Source of the DNA: an uncultured candidate division Zixibacteria bacterium
Lineage (GTDB): Bacteria > Zixibacteria > MSB-5A5 > UBA10806
Direction of reading: 5' to 3'
DNA: 64,000 nt
Assembly (NCBI GenBank): GCA_963801605.1
Contig: CAWDFP010000007.1
Coordinates: 160,001-224,000 of the forward strand
Shown in pieces: positions 39,994 to 50,806 of the stretch; the stretch's first letter is position 1, and every line of letters starts with the position of its first letter. The translations under genes were made by a program, and so were the position numbers. The notes below the pieces were generated by a model that saw only the letters and a program-made list of their open reading frames with translations, did no database searches and was not told the origin of the DNA.

Positions 39994-42900
39994 TTACCGC
40001 AACAGAGTCATTTTCTCCTGCTTAACGCCCCGTTCGGTAGTTAGCCTGTAGAAATAGATACCCGATGCGACCGCGACTCCGAGAGCGGTTCTGACCTTTC
40101 CAGATAACACTGTATTTGCCCGGCTGATAGACATCATCAACCAACGTCGTTATACGTTGACCAAGAATATCGAATATCTCCAATCTCACATTCGATTGGG
40201 ATGGCAACGCGAAATCAATTTTAGTTTCGGGATTAAAGGGGTTTGGATAGTTTTGAGATAATTCCATTTCCACAGGAAGCGAAGTGTATTCCGCGACACC
40301 GTCTACCGCAGGATCGACCGACCATCCTATGTTATCAATAAAGATTCCGGGAAGAGTTACGGAGGCATCGGAAACAAAACGGAATCTTATTTTATAATGA
40401 TGCGCGTCAGATCTGAGAATCGGCGTGACATCGAACTCCGTAAGACGGAAACCCGGCATCAGAGTGTCGCAAATCGCCCCGGCCCTATTCCAGGATATGC
40501 CTCCATTGTTGGAAACTTCCACAAAGCAGGTATCTCCGTGGGCGATAATATTCCTACGGTAAAATGTCACTCTGGCATGCCTGTAAGGAGACAGGTCGTT
40601 ATCGAAATTCATGGTGATGGAGGCATTGGCATTATTGGGATATTGCGGACTGCTAAAACAGATTGAGCGATGCGAATTGTAACCATAGTTAAGAAGTACC
40701 CAGCCATCGTCGGCCTGCCACCGATCCATGCCTGTTGTTTCGAAATCCTCAATTACTTCGGATGTAACCATCGCCAGATTAAACGTGCCGGACGAGGGCA
40801 GCCTGCCAACATTTGGAGTGTGAGCACCATCGGTGGCGCTAAAATAATAATGGACAGTATCACCGGTGAGAAGATTACGGCTCAGATCCAATGATGCCAA
40901 GGTGTATTGATTAGTGTCAGGTACGGCTGAAAGGTATACTATTCGTTCCTGTTCGCTATTGATCCTATAATACATTTTAACATTCAGCGGATCAACCAGG
41001 TTTATATCGCTGGCAGAAATTGTAAAAGGTCCGTATGGTCCAAAGAGGTTGATCGTGTTGTTTGGAGCTTGAATAAGCGCCATGGTCGGAGGTATGTGAT
41101 CCGGGCCCACATAGAATGTATAATGATTTCCGGGAGCATCGGTTGGGAATGTCCCCCTGAAACCGGCGCTATCGACTGCCAGAACATAATAATCGATATA
41201 AGTATTGCCATGCTGCGCTGGAATCTGCCCGGTCCAGACTGCGCCATTCTGGCTCATGTGTGCCGCTTGATATCCGCTGCCGTTGTTATAGTATATGATA
41301 ACCGAATCACGCTGCAGAGTGAATATCGATGTAATCGTAGCATTCATCGGGAAAGTGCGGGTGGTATCTTCCGAATCCAACAGGGAATCGGAGGCAATGG
41401 TAAGCTTGGTGCCCGGTCCAATACCATGACGGTCACCAAAATTATGGAATATATCCCAGGCATGAGGTGTACCGTTATTGAGGTCGTTATCGTTATCATC
41501 CAAAGCCACGAAAGCCCAGAAATAAGGTTCGAAATCATTGGTTAGGGCGTAGCGAGCGAAATGCCAGAGCGAATCGGTATATCCCATCGGGTAAGGCGAA
41601 AGCGCCTGCCTCGTATGCCATAGCGCCCCGCCAATAATCTGACCATCGTTATGCGACTCGCCGTTTATATTATCCGGGTATCTAAACACATTGTCGAGAT
41701 TCCTCAAAAAATCGGAGGGGTTGTTTAGGAAAAATCCCACGCCGACGTGAGGCTGGTTGGTCATGGTGCAGGCTTGATAATCGGAAAAACCCTCATGCAT
41801 AGCCCCGCTGGGACCGTCCGGCCGCGTCATTAAATCGGTTATGCCATGTCCGTATTCATGATAAATGACATCAGCAATCTGCGCGATATTAGGGCAGCCG
41901 CCTCCAGCTTCGTAAAAGTTGACAGTCCTGTTGCCGCCCGACCAAAAAGCATTGCAGCTTCCCACCACATTAACGTTGCAGACCATGGGGAAATCCATAA
42001 CGCCGAGACCGGGATCAAGACGTACAATCCAATTGTGCACCGTGACACCGCTATACCAGGCATCGCGTTCCTGAGGTTCGGAATTGGAATCATCCCAATA
42101 AATATTTTGCACCGTGGGCGGATCAACCGTGGTGTAAATTTGAGATTCAGGCCCGGCGTCATTCATTACGTTCAGATAAGGCCCTCGAAGAAAAACCGAA
42201 AGATTGATAGGATTCGAATCCGGAGTATCTACGGAATAATTTCCAGCAGAATCGGTTACGATACCATCAAAACCATCAAAATATAAATTCATATCATGAA
42301 AATTACGATCTTCCCAGGGATCATTCGGATGCAGCGGCTGAATTGAGCCTGAGATATTACCCGAAATAACATCGTAGTATACTTGATCGACTCGCTCTAG
42401 AACTTGGCCGTTTTCAGCATCGACAAAGACTTTCCATTCCGCGTACGGATCGCTGGTTACTATCATAAAACTCAGCGTCGGATGATACTCCACGCGGCTT
42501 CCAAAATAAATCGGAAAGATTGACTTCCCCAGAAAGCTCGTTTTGGTCATCGTTCCGGATAGGCCTCTCCCGGCGATTTCAAGGGCTTGAGCATCGGATA
42601 AACCAAAGCCGCCGACAGTAATCGGAGCGGAGTCGAGGTTCCCCCACAGGAGAGAAACCTGTCCCTGAGGAGTAATTGCCAGACCAATCCCAGCATCTTC
42701 AATCGATAATCCCTGGTAAACTCTATGAAATTTAACGAACCATAGCCTGCCCATAGCGAACTTCTTAGAAATCAATTGAAGTTCATTATTGGATGAAAAA
42801 AAGCCCGCGGAAGCAAGATAATTTCTGGCTGCGGTTTCGATATTTTGATCGTTAATGACATCGGAGCCGGTAGAACCTAATGCCGGCGCAACTACGATAG

Positions 42901-43108
42901 CCTGATTTGGTATTTGCGCATTATAGGCAGCATAAGCAGCGCCATAGTTTTCCTTTAAGACTGCGGCTCTGTTATCAATTGAGGAATTGATATAAATACC
43001 TGAAGATGGATCGTATCCCGGCCTGGCAATAGCGCCCGGGATAGCCTCAGGTTCAGTGGCGGCCAGGGCAACTGAGGCCAGTACTAAACTCAAAATTATT
43101 CCTCGCAA
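39994..43108 (-). CDS. Secreted thermolysin/fungalysin-like (M4/M36) metalloprotease with C-terminal sorting domain (frameshift near 40085)
   Basis: Signal peptide, PepSY-like VDAENGQVL, CNAFW, HEYGH, GAMHEGFSD, QNYPNPFNP; shifted frame ends SGIYFYRL...KMTLLR. Confidence 0.85.
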
Positions 43109-43125
43109 CTTCTTATGCTCCTTCC

Positions 43126-44724
43126 TTATTTAAGCAACAGCATCTTGCCTGTGGATTTTCGCGGACCGTTATTCAATGAACAAAAATAAGTCCCGGACGA
43201 AACAAGCTCGCCAAACGTGTCTCGGCCAGTCCAATAAACATTATCAACGGTGTTGGCGGTTCCATTATATTCGTAAACCAACCGACCGGTAATATCATAT
43301 ATTCGCAGGATTAGAGGATAATCGCTTCTTACACCCGAAATAATAATCGTTGTCCCGCTATTGAAAGGGTTCGGGTAGTTATATAACGCCAACTGTTCGG
43401 GAATCTGAGGCTCAACATCGGTAGTATCCTCCAGGTAGCGGGCACTTTCAACCTTAAAACCGTAATACAACGATCGGGCAATTCGCGACTGTTCCCAGCG
43501 AACGTCATCAACGTTGGGCTCGTCTGCGCCCCAATTGTCGATAAGATAATCGGCTTCTCTGATTCCCCAGGCTTCAAGCGGCAAAGTGTAGCTATATACT
43601 CCGCTAGAGTCATGATCGAAAAGGTAGTGACTATTCAGAAAGTAATATGATCCGGGATTATCATAAAGATATTGGCTGCGCTGAACGCATAGATTATATA
43701 CCGGCGCCCCGGAAGGGTCTGAAATAAAAATTGGGACAGACTCGGCTTTTACCCATAGCGGGAATGCCAAAGACAATACCGGCGGACCAAGAATCCCAAA
43801 GATGGTAGCAAAAGACGGATCCTCCCCGGGACGATTGCCGCGAATTGCCACGGCTGATGACGTATAGCGGTTGGCAATTGTACAGGAAAGGTTATAGATA
43901 TATCCAGGCGGCCCGCCATGCTGTACACCGTCATAAGGGAGCGGGTAAGGGTCAGCATAAATATTGCCCATATCGCGAGCCAGAACCGCCAGCACCCAGC
44001 TAACATTAATCAGGCTGGTATCCAGACGGCTTTCAACAAGATTTTTAGCGCGTCGATAACGGTCCAAACCACTTTGATTAAGGCTGTCCCCCGAAAAAGA
44101 AAAGTTTGATCTGATGAGAAATCCAGGTGAATTGAGATCAGGATCGAGAGGATCGAATTTGCGGTAAGAACGATTGGCAGCTTCATAAAAAGCGCAGGCG
44201 CCTGTGGAATCGAGGCAGCCGAAATTCCAGCAAAAGCTTCGGCCCGTAATATTGGTGGAATCGAGAAAAGACTCGAAATCCGTAAGCGTTCGGCATGTCT
44301 CCAGGGCAAGACGCATGATCGTGCCATCATCAAGCCCATAATAAAGCGTATCATGAAGATTATAGGAATCAGAATTCATGATTGCGAAACCGTGTTCGTT
44401 GGCGCCCATATATATTCTGGTCGTATCCGAGCGATAGCAATCTCCCGTAAATTTATACGTGGTTATGCCATTCCTCTGATAGGAGTCATAATAAATATAG
44501 CGCTGGTTATGATCCGAAACATCACGGTTTTTCCAGATAATCGGCCTGCCATCGGCGGTTACAGCGCCGCTAAAAATGCCAACGGTGCATTCGCCCGGCG
44601 GGCCAAGTTCGGGTTGGTCATCGGCCCAAATGTTGCAGAATAGGCCAGCGCACAAACACAGCGAGAGGGCTACCGTAAATAGCATTTGGGATATACGTAT
44701 TGGGGAACCTATGCTGTTTACCAT
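43126..44724 (-). CDS. Secreted Ntn-hydrolase (C45/C69-like) with C-terminal sorting domain
   Basis: ECTVGIFSG...DGRPIIWKNRD, MGANEHGFAIMNS, NYPNPFN...KMLLLK. Confidence 0.75.
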   Translation of the reverse strand: MVNSIGSPIRISQMLFTVALSLCLCAGLFCNIWADDQPELGPPGECTVGIFSGAVTADGRPIIWKNRDVSDHNQRYIYYDSYQRNGITTYKFTGDCYRSDTTRIYMGANEHGFAIMNSDSYNLHDTLYYGLDDGTIMRLALETCRTLTDFESFLDSTNITGRSFCWNFGCLDSTGACAFYEAANRSYRKFDPLDPDLNSPGFLIRSNFSFSGDSLNQSGLDRYRRAKNLVESRLDTSLINVSWVLAVLARDMGNIYADPYPLPYDGVQHGGPPGYIYNLSCTIANRYTSSAVAIRGNRPGEDPSFATIFGILGPPVLSLAFPLWVKAESVPIFISDPSGAPVYNLCVQRSQYLYDNPGSYYFLNSHYLFDHDSSGVYSYTLPLEAWGIREADYLIDNWGADEPNVDDVRWEQSRIARSLYYGFKVESARYLEDTTDVEPQIPEQLALYNYPNPFNSGTTIIISGVRSDYPLILRIYDITGRLVYEYNGTANTVDNVYWTGRDTFGELVSSGTYFCSLNNGPRKSTGKMLLLK

Positions 44725-44755
44725 TTATCTGTATCAATAAGCCGTAAATTAGGAT

Positions 44756-46288
44756 CTATTTTATCAATAACGCCTTAACGGTTGCAGAGTGAGCCTGAGA
44801 AGCGGCCCTAATAAGATAAACACCTGATGATAATGAATTGGAATGGTCGTCCCGTCCATCCCAAACTAAATGATTTTCATGCCCTCCAAACAAAGACAGG
44901 CTTTTTACCTCGCGCCCCATAATATCATAAATTTTTACTTCAATCGGGTCATTCTTATCGAAATGGGATAAATCAATTGTCGTATTGGAATTAAACGGAT
45001 TCGGATAATTTGAAATTTCCTCTTCCTGCCCGGAATCCCAGACAAGCTGAGGAGTAAAATCGAGCGGAATCCGTACATAAGAGTTATAAATACTATCCGC
45101 CAGTAAATTTTGAACTGATGCGAAAACTTCCGATCCCGGAATATTCTGCCGCCAACCTGTAAGATAAGAATCTGCTAAATTTAGAATGCTTGTTTCGAGC
45201 GGCAATGTATAAGTGAATAGCCCAACGCTATCTTTTCCCATCAGATAGCGGCTATCGAGATATTCGCCATCATTATGAAGCGTGTAAATCCTGGCGTGAC
45301 GGGCCATAACCTGGGAATACATGGGAACATTGGTTCCTCGATTTAAAACCGCTGGCACTTGATGCGATTCAACCCACAAAGGATAAGCTACCGAGAGCAC
45401 CGGCTGGCCTATCATGGCATAGATTGTGGATAGCCTGGGGTCTTCGCCCGGTTTTATACCGCGAATAACCATTACCGACCGCGTATTATCCCGATTGATG
45501 GTACTGTCGTGAACGCAGATAAAACCGGCAGGCCGACCATTTTGAGTGCCATTGTAGGGCAAGGGATATGGATCGGCAATCGGATTGGCTAAATCGCGTG
45601 TTAGTTTTTGAAAAATAAACCGGGGATCAATGCCTTGAGTTAACAATCGGGTTCGAACTAAATCGCAGGCTCTTTTATATCTGTCGTAACCATCATAATC
45701 CCTGGTACCGGATAGACTGAAAGTTGCCCGTAGTGTAACGCCGTTTCCTTCATTTAGAGAATCGTAAGCATCAAACTTTACATAACTGAAATTGGCGCAT
45801 TCATACAGAGCGGCGTGCCCGAAAGCATCCATAGCCGCATAATTCCAACAGTCTTTTCTTCCGATCACGGAGGTAGCATCGAGGATATGCTCGAAATCGG
45901 CCAGCGTACGACACCGTCCCAGAGCCATTTTCATGATGGTGCCATCGTCGATACCATCAATCATCTGGTCGCCAAGATTGTAGGAATTGCCGTTGATAAC
46001 CGCAAAACCTGTCGAATTAAGTCCCATGAAAACTTTGGTAGTATCGGAGGAAAAAGCATTGCCAATGAAAGCCAGAGTAGTATCAAGCAGGCTTACGGTT
46101 GGGGCGTAATAACAAAATTTCTGAACGGCGTTGGTGATATCGCGGTTTTTCCAAAGGATAGGGCGCCCATCGGTTGTAGCGTCTCCTGTAAAAATACCCA
46201 GAGTGCATTCACCAATTCTCGGTGGCGCTTTCGTATCGCTTTGAAAGACAATGAGAAAGAGAAGGGCGCAGATTACAATTGATCTCAT
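44756..46288 (-). CDS. Secreted Ntn-hydrolase paralog with C-terminal sorting domain
   Basis: ECTLGIFTG...DGRPILWKNRD, MGLNSTGFAVING, NYPNPFN...KALLIK. Confidence 0.75.
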   Translation of the reverse strand: MRSIVICALLFLIVFQSDTKAPPRIGECTLGIFTGDATTDGRPILWKNRDITNAVQKFCYYAPTVSLLDTTLAFIGNAFSSDTTKVFMGLNSTGFAVINGNSYNLGDQMIDGIDDGTIMKMALGRCRTLADFEHILDATSVIGRKDCWNYAAMDAFGHAALYECANFSYVKFDAYDSLNEGNGVTLRATFSLSGTRDYDGYDRYKRACDLVRTRLLTQGIDPRFIFQKLTRDLANPIADPYPLPYNGTQNGRPAGFICVHDSTINRDNTRSVMVIRGIKPGEDPRLSTIYAMIGQPVLSVAYPLWVESHQVPAVLNRGTNVPMYSQVMARHARIYTLHNDGEYLDSRYLMGKDSVGLFTYTLPLETSILNLADSYLTGWRQNIPGSEVFASVQNLLADSIYNSYVRIPLDFTPQLVWDSGQEEEISNYPNPFNSNTTIDLSHFDKNDPIEVKIYDIMGREVKSLSLFGGHENHLVWDGRDDHSNSLSSGVYLIRAASQAHSATVKALLIK

Positions 46289-46492
46289 ATTTACCCCTGC
46301 GAAAAATAGCATCAGTTACGAATAAGTCAAGCTTTTAATAAAATTAAGCAAATGTTATCCATTATTGGATGCTGGCAATTCTTGTTAGCGTTTTATTTGG
46401 AATAATTGCGGGACTTTGGCGTATCGCCTTAACTTCCCTCTCCCCCTTTCTTTTAGCTTGACATAAAGCCGGAGGCGATTAACTTTCGACAG

Positions 46493-46813
46493 ATGGAAGA
46501 CTTTATTTCTTACTTCTCGCTTGTCGCCCTGATTCTGGTATTGATTCTTCTCACCTGGGCCATCATCCTGATGTATATTGACCGCACTCGCAAGGTAACG
46601 GCCCGCAGCCGCCTGGCGGAGTTGCGAAAAAAAGTTGAGGCATTGCCTGAGGAAACTGACGAAGAAAAGCTTAAAAAGAACCAGCTTCATCGCGAGTTAA
46701 ATTTGGAATACCTCGATAATATTCTTGGTGAAATCGAAAAGATTCAAGTCAGCCTTGCCAAAAAAGCGCTGGAAGATAAAAAGAATAAGGCTAAGAAGAA
46801 AAGTAAAAAGTAA
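46493..46813 (+). CDS. Hypothetical single-TM coiled-coil protein
   Basis: N-terminal hydrophobic helix and Lys-rich tail. Confidence 0.65.
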   Translation: MEDFISYFSLVALILVLILLTWAIILMYIDRTRKVTARSRLAELRKKVEALPEETDEEKLKKNQLHRELNLEYLDNILGEIEKIQVSLAKKALEDKKNKAKKKSKK

Positions 46814-46865
46814 GCGAGTTGTTTTCGGCCCATTTTTTGATCTTCATATAAAAAAAGGGATAATA

Positions 46866-47990
46866 ATGAAAAGAGCAGTAATTCTGGCCATTCTGGCAGG
46901 CTTCATATTTTCCTGCGGAAGTGACAAACCGACAGATAGTAATCATGGCATAACCGTGAGTATACTTCCTTACCGCGCCGTAGTCGATCTTGGCGCCACT
47001 TATCATTTTATATCGAGAGTTGATGGCGCCAGTAATCAGATTGTTTATTGGAGCATGGAAGGTGATACCTCCGCCGGCCGAATAGATTCGCTGGGAAATT
47101 ACTTAGCGCCAATGTCTACGCCAGTAGGTATAGATTCAGTCAGGATTACGGCCAGAGCGCAGGTAGATGAAACTAAAACCGCCAGGGCCTGGGCGGTACT
47201 GGTCGATCCCGCTAAGATTTATGTCTCCGTAAACGGCTCAGATACTACCGGATTAGGGACCAGATGGCGTCCATACCGCTCGATTTCACAGGGCCTTTAT
47301 CGGGCGCGTGTTAATCAAATGGTGTTAGTTGGCGCAGGTCAATACGATATAGCAAGCGGTGAGACGTTTCCTTTGCGCGTATTGGGAGGTATTACGGTTC
47401 AAGGAGCCGGTAGAGATTCCACCTTTGTGGTTGGTCCGGGGGGAACTGATCCTTTGAGAGACGCCATATTCGAAATCAACGGCGATGCCATCACCGTTGA
47501 AAAGCTAAATATTAGCTCTTCAAATTCAATGGGGATCGGAGTCTGGATACGTCCGGGGCGATATGTAAAGCTATCGCATAATCAAATCAGTCAAAATTAT
47601 ATCGGCGTTTATTCGAGCGGTAAATTCATCCCGCCGGCGCTGATTGAATCCAATCACATCACCGAGGATTCAATTGGAATTGTAACCGCGGATTCAAGCG
47701 GACTTATTATTAGAAACAGTAACATTTTCAATTGTTATAAATATGGAATTGAAATTCGAGATTTCAGTAGTCCAAATCTGGGAATGAACGATTCCACTGC
47801 CGCCGGCAATGATACAATCCAGAATTGCGGCAACGGCAATGTTTATCTTATTTACAATGGTAGTCCGGACACGGTCTGGGCTATCGGTAATACCTGGATA
47901 TATCCCGTCCCTGAATATAACGATATCTATATTTACGACGATGATGAATCGGGGATGGCGTCGGGTCCGGTAATATTAAGAGAGCCGTAA
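46866..47990 (+). CDS. Lipoprotein with DUF1565-like / right-handed beta-helix domain
   Basis: Lipobox IFSC; YVSVNGSD..GLGTRWRPYRSISQGL; GETFPL; parallel beta-helix repeats. Confidence 0.75.
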   Translation: MKRAVILAILAGFIFSCGSDKPTDSNHGITVSILPYRAVVDLGATYHFISRVDGASNQIVYWSMEGDTSAGRIDSLGNYLAPMSTPVGIDSVRITARAQVDETKTARAWAVLVDPAKIYVSVNGSDTTGLGTRWRPYRSISQGLYRARVNQMVLVGAGQYDIASGETFPLRVLGGITVQGAGRDSTFVVGPGGTDPLRDAIFEINGDAITVEKLNISSSNSMGIGVWIRPGRYVKLSHNQISQNYIGVYSSGKFIPPALIESNHITEDSIGIVTADSSGLIIRNSNIFNCYKYGIEIRDFSSPNLGMNDSTAAGNDTIQNCGNGNVYLIYNGSPDTVWAIGNTWIYPVPEYNDIYIYDDDESGMASGPVILREP

Positions 47991-48015
47991 CGATAAAAGC
48001 TAAAATCACAAATTG

Positions 48016-48045
48016 AAGGCGGCATTAATCATGTCGCCTTTTTTG
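48016..48045 (+). terminator. Intrinsic terminator
   Basis: AAGGCGGCAT...ATGTCGCCTT followed by a T-run. Confidence 0.75.
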
Positions 48046-48273
48046 ATTCAACTGCTTTAGCCAACGGCAGGAAATACTTTAATAATGTATAGTCGATACA
48101 ATATTTATCGGATTAAACAAACCTGGTAATTTTTTCATCTATCCCTTCTGTTCTCCAATTATAAATTTCGAAACATCAGAACCTCGTTTTCCGTAATGAA
48201 ATAAGGTTGTGAAAATAGAATGGGCGGGCGAGTTGCTGGGAGTACCTCAACACTAACTGTTGGAGATAACGGC

Positions 48274-50574
48274 ATGAATCGTAAATCAGGTAAAACCATT
48301 CCGCTGCTGACAACAATTATGATCCTGATGACAATACCTATAATCAATCTTCGGGCAACCGAATTCGCCCCGGTCTTTCATCCCACGCTCGAAATTAAAA
48401 GACTCAGCGGAACTATCAAGATCGATGGTAATCTCGATGACTCCGGATGGATTTCGGCGTCGAAGGCTGTCAATTTCGTCGAACGTTACCCCGGAAAAAA
48501 TCTCAAACCTGAGGTAGAAACCGAGGCATTAATAACCTACGATGATAATAATCTTTACGTCGCGTTTGTATGTAAAGATGATCCCTCGAAGATCCGGGCT
48601 ACAATGTGCCAGAGAGATCAATTTTCCAACGATGACGACGTCTGTCTGCTTCTGGATACTTATGGCAACGCTTCCTGGGCGTACGAATTATTCGTAAATC
48701 CGTACGGCATTCAAATGGATCGTTTATGGTCGAATATTACCGGCGAAGACGAAGGATTCGATATGATTTGGGAATCTGCCGGTAAGATCACTGATTCAGG
48801 TTACCAGGTTGAGATCGCGGTCCCCTTTGCAAGCCTGAGATTTCCTAACGTAGATACCCAAAGCTGGAAAATAGATTTTTGGCGCAATCACCCACGCGAG
48901 TTTAACAGGCAATATTCCTGGGCCGCTTATAATCCTGACGATCAATGCTGGGTTTGTCAGTGGGGTACCGCAAATGGGATTATTGGAGTCAAGCCCGGTA
49001 AAGGATTGGAAATTCTGCCAAGCGTTATAGCCAATCAATCAGGCGAAATTGCGCCACCTGCTAACTTAGATTCCAAATTCATCAATAATGATCCCAAGGC
49101 AGCGGGGTCTATCGGCGCCAAATACTCTATTTCATCGAACATGACGATGGAAGCCACTTATAATCCGGATTTCAGTCAAATCGAAGCAGATGCGGCTCAG
49201 ATAGACGTGAACTCCACTATCGCCCTGCGCTATCCGGAAAAACGTCCCTTTTTCCAGGAAGGCAGCGATATATTCCAAACGCCGTTCAATTCGTTTTATT
49301 CGAGAACCATCAATGATCCCCGGTTTGCAGCCAAGATGACGGGCAGAACGGGACGGTATAATATCGGATTTCTTTCGGCGTATGATGAAAATACGCCGTA
49401 TATAATTCCGCTCGAGGAAAAAAGTATTCTGGTCAATTCCGGAAAAAGTACGGTCAATATATTGAGGGCGTCACGGACGATAGGCAGGAATAACTATCTG
49501 GGATTTATCGTAACTGACCGGCGTTTCAACGGGGGCGGATACGGTACGATACTGGCGGCCGACGGGGTATACAGACTCTCGGAAAAATATAGCATAGTGG
49601 CGCAGTATATTGCCAGCCTTACCAAAGAGCCCGCCGATAGCACTTTGAATGCTAATGAAGGATTGATTGGCGAGACATTCGATAAGAATAAACATACGGT
49701 AGCGCTCGATGGTGAATCTTATGGCGGCGAGGCCATTGTTTCCCAATTCCGCAGACAAGCCCGCAATTGGAGTTTTAATTTAAATTACGATCATACCTCG
49801 CCAACATACCGTACTGAGACCGGTTATGATCCCTGGAATGATTATAAAAACCTAAATTTCTATTCCCAGTACGATTTCTATCCGACAAATAGTATTTTCG
49901 GCCGAATCTCTCCTCAATTGGCAATTGAGAATCGCTGGGATTTTTCAAATCGAAAAAAGTGGATGCACGGCGGTATCGAGCTTCAAAATAACCTGAATTT
50001 CGCTCAAACCTATATTAACCTTTCATATTTCGCCAGTAATGAAAGATGGCAGGGTATCGACTTTAAGAATCTCTGGAATTTTGAATTTCAAACCGGGTTT
50101 CAACCGACTAACATGATTTCATTTGACTTTCAAATGGACTACGGCCCAAATGTTGCAGTCTGGATTCCGACAAAAGGTAATCAAACTTATATTGAGGCCA
50201 GCTTAAGCTTCAAGCCAATCGACAGGTTGGTTATCGAACCTACTCTGGGATTTTCGCGAAGCAAACAGGTCGATTCGGGTGACGAGCTTTACCGTCAAAC
50301 AATCGCAAGAACCAGGGTTCGGCTCCAGGTCAACAAGGAATTATCGATGCGTCTGGTAGCCCAATATATAGATGAGTCCAACTCCTTTGGCGGGCGCTCC
50401 AAAAACTGGGAATTCGATCCGCTGGTGACATACAGAATCAGTTCGTTTTCGGTATTCTATGTCGGTTCCACTCATAATTTATCGAAACTTACGGATCAGG
50501 CAGGCATCAGAGACGGCTGGAGACAGGTTGCCAGACAATATTTTGTAAAGCTTCAATATCTGTTCAGGGTATAA
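48274..50574 (+). CDS. CBM9-like / DUF5916 outer-membrane protein
   Basis: IDGNLDD..W, YDDNNLYVAF, NPDFSQIEAD, YPEKRPFF, C-terminal FVKLQYLF. Confidence 0.8.
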   Translation: MNRKSGKTIPLLTTIMILMTIPIINLRATEFAPVFHPTLEIKRLSGTIKIDGNLDDSGWISASKAVNFVERYPGKNLKPEVETEALITYDDNNLYVAFVCKDDPSKIRATMCQRDQFSNDDDVCLLLDTYGNASWAYELFVNPYGIQMDRLWSNITGEDEGFDMIWESAGKITDSGYQVEIAVPFASLRFPNVDTQSWKIDFWRNHPREFNRQYSWAAYNPDDQCWVCQWGTANGIIGVKPGKGLEILPSVIANQSGEIAPPANLDSKFINNDPKAAGSIGAKYSISSNMTMEATYNPDFSQIEADAAQIDVNSTIALRYPEKRPFFQEGSDIFQTPFNSFYSRTINDPRFAAKMTGRTGRYNIGFLSAYDENTPYIIPLEEKSILVNSGKSTVNILRASRTIGRNNYLGFIVTDRRFNGGGYGTILAADGVYRLSEKYSIVAQYIASLTKEPADSTLNANEGLIGETFDKNKHTVALDGESYGGEAIVSQFRRQARNWSFNLNYDHTSPTYRTETGYDPWNDYKNLNFYSQYDFYPTNSIFGRISPQLAIENRWDFSNRKKWMHGGIELQNNLNFAQTYINLSYFASNERWQGIDFKNLWNFEFQTGFQPTNMISFDFQMDYGPNVAVWIPTKGNQTYIEASLSFKPIDRLVIEPTLGFSRSKQVDSGDELYRQTIARTRVRLQVNKELSMRLVAQYIDESNSFGGRSKNWEFDPLVTYRISSFSVFYVGSTHNLSKLTDQAGIRDGWRQVARQYFVKLQYLFRV

Positions 50575-50806
50575 TCGCTAATCGACTTTTATAAATTACC
50601 GTTTTCGGCCGTCATTTTCTTAATTTGACGGCCTAAATATTTCATGGATGCTTGATTTTTTATTAGAATTTAGTGATGAAAATGTCTGATTATTATAAAT
50701 TTGTTATTAGTAATTAATCACGAATAGCGCCATATTGGTCTCGGCTTGACGCTTTTTATATTGCGTTATGGCCTCTTTATTATTATAGTTACGCGAATTT
50801 TCTTTA

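Noticed and set aside
13980..50725. Shared Rex/CRP-like sites upstream of the OMP, meaB and the activase
   Set aside because: Half-site spacings disagree with each other and the AT-rich context makes chance matches likely
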